A stretch of DNA of 43,129 nt, from the NCBI GenBank assembly GCA_034722955.1, contig JAYEOM010000058.1:1-43129 (forward strand), written 5' to 3'. The DNA is from Campylobacterota bacterium (GTDB taxonomy: Bacteria; Campylobacterota; Campylobacteria; Campylobacterales; Sulfurovaceae). Below are positions 40,354 through 43,129 of this stretch, in pieces. The number at the start of each line of letters is the position of its first letter. Position 1 is the first letter of the stretch. Under the pieces are notes generated by a model. That model did not search any database, was not told where the DNA came from, and saw nothing but the letters and a program-made list of their open reading frames with translations. Position numbers and translations under genes: made by a program.

Positions 40354-40467
40354 ATGAGATTTAAAAAAATTGCACTGTCAATATTAGCAGTATCTGCCTT
40401 AACTATTTCAGCTCAAGCAAGAGATCAGATCAAAATGGTGGCGAGATTTATCAGGTATAAGGTATAA
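40354..40467 (+). pseudogene. pstS: Truncated phosphate-binding protein PstS (signal peptide plus first residues) fused to a probable phoU 3' end
   Basis: MRFKKIALSILAVSALTISAQA-RDQIKMV matches PstS N-termini (ARDQIxxVGSST) and then breaks off. The overlapping frame 40434-40460 reads NGGEIYQV*. Confidence 0.7.
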
Positions 40468-40473
40468 TCAAAT

Positions 40474-41142
40474 ATGCAAAAAACAGTGCTCGTAGTAGAA
40501 GATGAACAAGATATTTTAGATCTCATAGAGTATACCCTTGCCAAAGATGGGTATGATGTGATCTGTTGCCTGGATACTTCAAATGTAGAGGCTCTTTTGG
40601 ATGAAGAGAATATCTCTTTGATCTTGATGGATAGGAACTTGCCAAATGTCGAGGGTTCTGTTTTTGTCCAAAATCTTCGCCAAAAAGGGTACTCAAATCC
40701 TGTGATTTATCTGACGGCAAAAGATAGAGATGAGGATATACTTGAGGGGTTTGATAGGGGTGGAGATGACTATATAACCAAACCATTCAATCTCAATATC
40801 CTGAAAGCGAGAGTAGAAGCTCTCATCAAAAGAACCTCCAAGAGCATAGAGCAGCTAAAAGTGCGAGATATAGTATATACTGCAAAAAACAAGAAGTTTT
40901 ATATCGATGAAGACGAGATAAGTCTCACACACCTTGAGCATGATCTGCTTCTTGAATTTATCAAAAACAGAGATATTTTACTCAGTCGTGATACTCTACT
41001 CAACAATGTCTGGAGAGATCATGGCGATGTAAAACCAAAAACTGTAAATGTCGCCATCAAAAGACTTAAAGAGAAGATTGATCCCAAGAGAGATAAAGAT
41101 TATATAAAGTCTGTTCATGGCGAGGGGTATATTTTTGAATAA
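40474..41142 (+). CDS. OmpR/PhoB-family response regulator (PhoB-like)
   Basis: VVEDE, LILMD, LTAK, DDYITKPF, winged helix TVNVAIKRLKEK..SVHGEGY. Confidence 0.93.
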   Translation: MQKTVLVVEDEQDILDLIEYTLAKDGYDVICCLDTSNVEALLDEENISLILMDRNLPNVEGSVFVQNLRQKGYSNPVIYLTAKDRDEDILEGFDRGGDDYITKPFNLNILKARVEALIKRTSKSIEQLKVRDIVYTAKNKKFYIDEDEISLTHLEHDLLLEFIKNRDILLSRDTLLNNVWRDHGDVKPKTVNVAIKRLKEKIDPKRDKDYIKSVHGEGYIFE

Positions 41143-42544
41143 AAAGCGATCTAAAAAAGCAAAATTGCTAAAACTGCATGATATATTTCTTCGTAAATTT
41201 TTACTTCTATTTGTAACTATATTTATAACCCTTGGAGTTATATTTTATCTCTGGATAAAAGATATCTATATAGAGCAGGCTAAAATCGATCTGCTTCACA
41301 ACATAGATATAGTCTCCCTGCAGATCAATACACTGCAAGATGTAGACAATCTTGCAAAAAAGATTAAAAAGAGTATTGGTCTGAGGGTCACTATCATAGC
41401 CCAAGATGGCACAGTCTTGGGTGAGAGTGACAAAGAGTTTGTCCATATGGACAATCACTTAAATAGAGCAGAGATCATCCAATCCAAATACCAAGAGTAC
41501 GGCTCTAGCATCAGGTACTCCAAAACTGTCAACAAAGATATGCTCTATCTAGCTAAAAAGTTCAGAGTAAATGGTCATGACTACTATATAAGGATGGCAA
41601 GAGATATTGATCTGATAAATCAGCAGTTTTTATCTCTCTCGTTTAAGGTTGGGTTTCTGTTTTTAATCTTTATGGCAATTGCATTTTATATAGCACTGCA
41701 AACAAGCAAAGATGTACAGTATGAGACAAAAAAGATATTAGAGTTTTTGCGACATTTAACCCAACAAAAGAAGCCATCAAGTATCAAATCATCATACTCG
41801 ATAGAGTTTAACAAGATAACAAAACTGCTAACTACCGTATCCCGAAATTTATCTAAAAAAGATAAACAAAAATCCAAATATACAGCAAAACTCAAACTAT
41901 CCAATAGACAAAAAGATGATATCATCTCTGCTATATCACATGAGTTCAGAAACCCTATAGCTGTGATAAGCGGCTATACCCAGACACTGCTAGAAGATAA
42001 AGATATCAATCCAAACATAAGAGAGAAGTTCCTACATAAGATATCATCAAACTCTACAAAACTTACAAGCATGATAGATAGATTAAGGTTATCTATCAAG
42101 CTAGACGAAGGGAAGCAACCATCCAATTTTGAAAATTGCAATATTGCAAAACTTACAAAAGAGATCATAGAGGATCTGAAACTCTCATATCCAAATAGAG
42201 ATATTAGATTGGAAGCAGATGAGATAGAGATAAAAGTAGATGAGACGATGATAAATATAGCCATATCAAATCTGATTGAAAATGCCCTAAAGTATTCACA
42301 AGATGAAGTCATAGTAAAACTTGATGATAGATCTTTAAGCATCACAGATACAGGGATCGGTATCAAGCAGAGCGATATATCTAAAATAACTGACAAATTC
42401 TATAGGGTATCTTCAAACGGCTGGAATAACTCTTTGGGGGTTGGATTGGCACTTGTCAAAAATATTCTGGATCTGCACAAATTTAAACTAGAGATCAAAA
42501 GTGTTGAAGATGAAGGCTCTGTCTTTAGTGTGATATTCAAATAA
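41117..42544 (+). CDS. Sensor histidine kinase (PhoR-like)
   Basis: TM, RVTII..DG.VLGES, MDNH..RAEI, RYSKT, SHEFRNP, NLIENALKYS, DTGIGI, FYRV, GVGL. The true start may be TTG 41165. Confidence 0.93.
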   Translation: MARGIFLNKKRSKKAKLLKLHDIFLRKFLLLFVTIFITLGVIFYLWIKDIYIEQAKIDLLHNIDIVSLQINTLQDVDNLAKKIKKSIGLRVTIIAQDGTVLGESDKEFVHMDNHLNRAEIIQSKYQEYGSSIRYSKTVNKDMLYLAKKFRVNGHDYYIRMARDIDLINQQFLSLSFKVGFLFLIFMAIAFYIALQTSKDVQYETKKILEFLRHLTQQKKPSSIKSSYSIEFNKITKLLTTVSRNLSKKDKQKSKYTAKLKLSNRQKDDIISAISHEFRNPIAVISGYTQTLLEDKDINPNIREKFLHKISSNSTKLTSMIDRLRLSIKLDEGKQPSNFENCNIAKLTKEIIEDLKLSYPNRDIRLEADEIEIKVDETMINIAISNLIENALKYSQDEVIVKLDDRSLSITDTGIGIKQSDISKITDKFYRVSSNGWNNSLGVGLALVKNILDLHKFKLEIKSVEDEGSVFSVIFK

Positions 42545-42597
42545 AGGTGGGCTTAAATGATGCTCAATATTTCAGGAGGTGAAATAGTAGGATCTCC

Positions 42598-42626
42598 TTG
42601 ACAGAAAACAAAATTCATGCTAAAAT
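42598..42626 (+). promoter_or_regulatory. Sigma70-type promoter of ssrA
   Basis: TTGACA (42598-42603), 17-bp spacer ending TGc, TAAAAT (42621-42626). Confidence 0.75.
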
Positions 42627-42643
42627 CAACTTCTCCAACATAT

Positions 42644-43017
42644 GGGGGTGACTTGGTTTCGACTGGAGTAGTCGGGGCTATGTGCATGTCGGACTGAGCA
42701 ATTCCGTTACGCGGCTCATTTAGCTTAAACGCAAACAACACAGATTACCGTCCAGCTTACGCAGTAGCGTAAGTCATTAACCCCGGTTCGCCGGAGGACT
42801 GCCTCGCCTGCAAGTGTCATCTTAACAGGATCTTGAGGTATCATATCTGATGACTATATCTATAGGTTGCCTATCCTATGGACGAACCCTTAGGCTGGTC
42901 TTGTGTAGTTTTGGGTGTAGTACGAAGCAAGATGAGATCTATCAACACCATCTAAACATGTAGAGTCATAGTTCTATCTATTTTAGGACACGGGTTCAAT
43001 TCCCGTCGCCTCCACCA
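42644..43017 (+). ncRNA. ssrA: Transfer-messenger RNA (tmRNA)
   Basis: 5' GGGGGTGACTTGGTTTCGAC and 3' ACGGGTTCAATTCCCGTCGCCTCCACCA with a G3-U acceptor pair. Tag ORF 42731-42772 encodes ANNTDYRPAYAVA*. Confidence 0.97.
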
Positions 43018-43129
43018 ATCACACAATTTGATATAGTCTAATAACATCCATTAAACCTCAATTTAATCACTATCTAAAGCCTTATTGTATGCACACCACG
43101 GTACTTAAGTTTTGACTCTATTTTGACTC

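Noticed and set aside
42568..42586. TATTTCA-GGAGG-TGAAATA hairpin (GGA loop)
   Set aside because: A single weak AT-rich stem with no downstream ORF; insufficient support for a CsrA site or terminator.
42553..42741. 62-aa minus-strand ORF
   Set aside because: Antisense to the ssrA promoter and 5' end; spurious.

Overview
A 43 kb chromosomal segment from a Campylobacterota bacterium, most likely Sulfurovum/Sulfurimonas-like; this is inferred from protein style, the futalosine-pathway gene mqnE and the tmRNA tag ANNTDYRPAYAVA. Most of it is housekeeping (leuC, NFACT, cdsA-dxr-hydrolase-tsaD-DUF2461, gyrB-EAL-queF, gdhA, glmS-glnD, mqnE, phoB/phoR-like pair, ssrA) plus transport modules (a LolA-like/ABC/outer-membrane five-gene operon, a P-type ATPase, and a split RND pump with a convergent adaptor). 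The most interesting signals are non-coding or relic. (i) A ~180-nt structured element at 26355-26540 fused to the end of a desaturase gene resembles an orphan IS110-type non-coding (bridge-RNA-like) end. (ii) A candidate minus-strand sRNA at ~8305-8435 has two hairpins presenting anti-Shine-Dalgarno loops. (iii) A deletion scar joins the pstS 5' end to a probable phoU 3' end, leaving a PHO-box-like promoter directly upstream of phoBR. (iv) There are further internally deleted relics (IS1182 transposase, CBS-GGDEF gene), a RAYT fragment and REP-like repeats. No CRISPR array, rRNA, tRNA or intact prophage was seen. All family calls come from motif recognition; no database searches were run.
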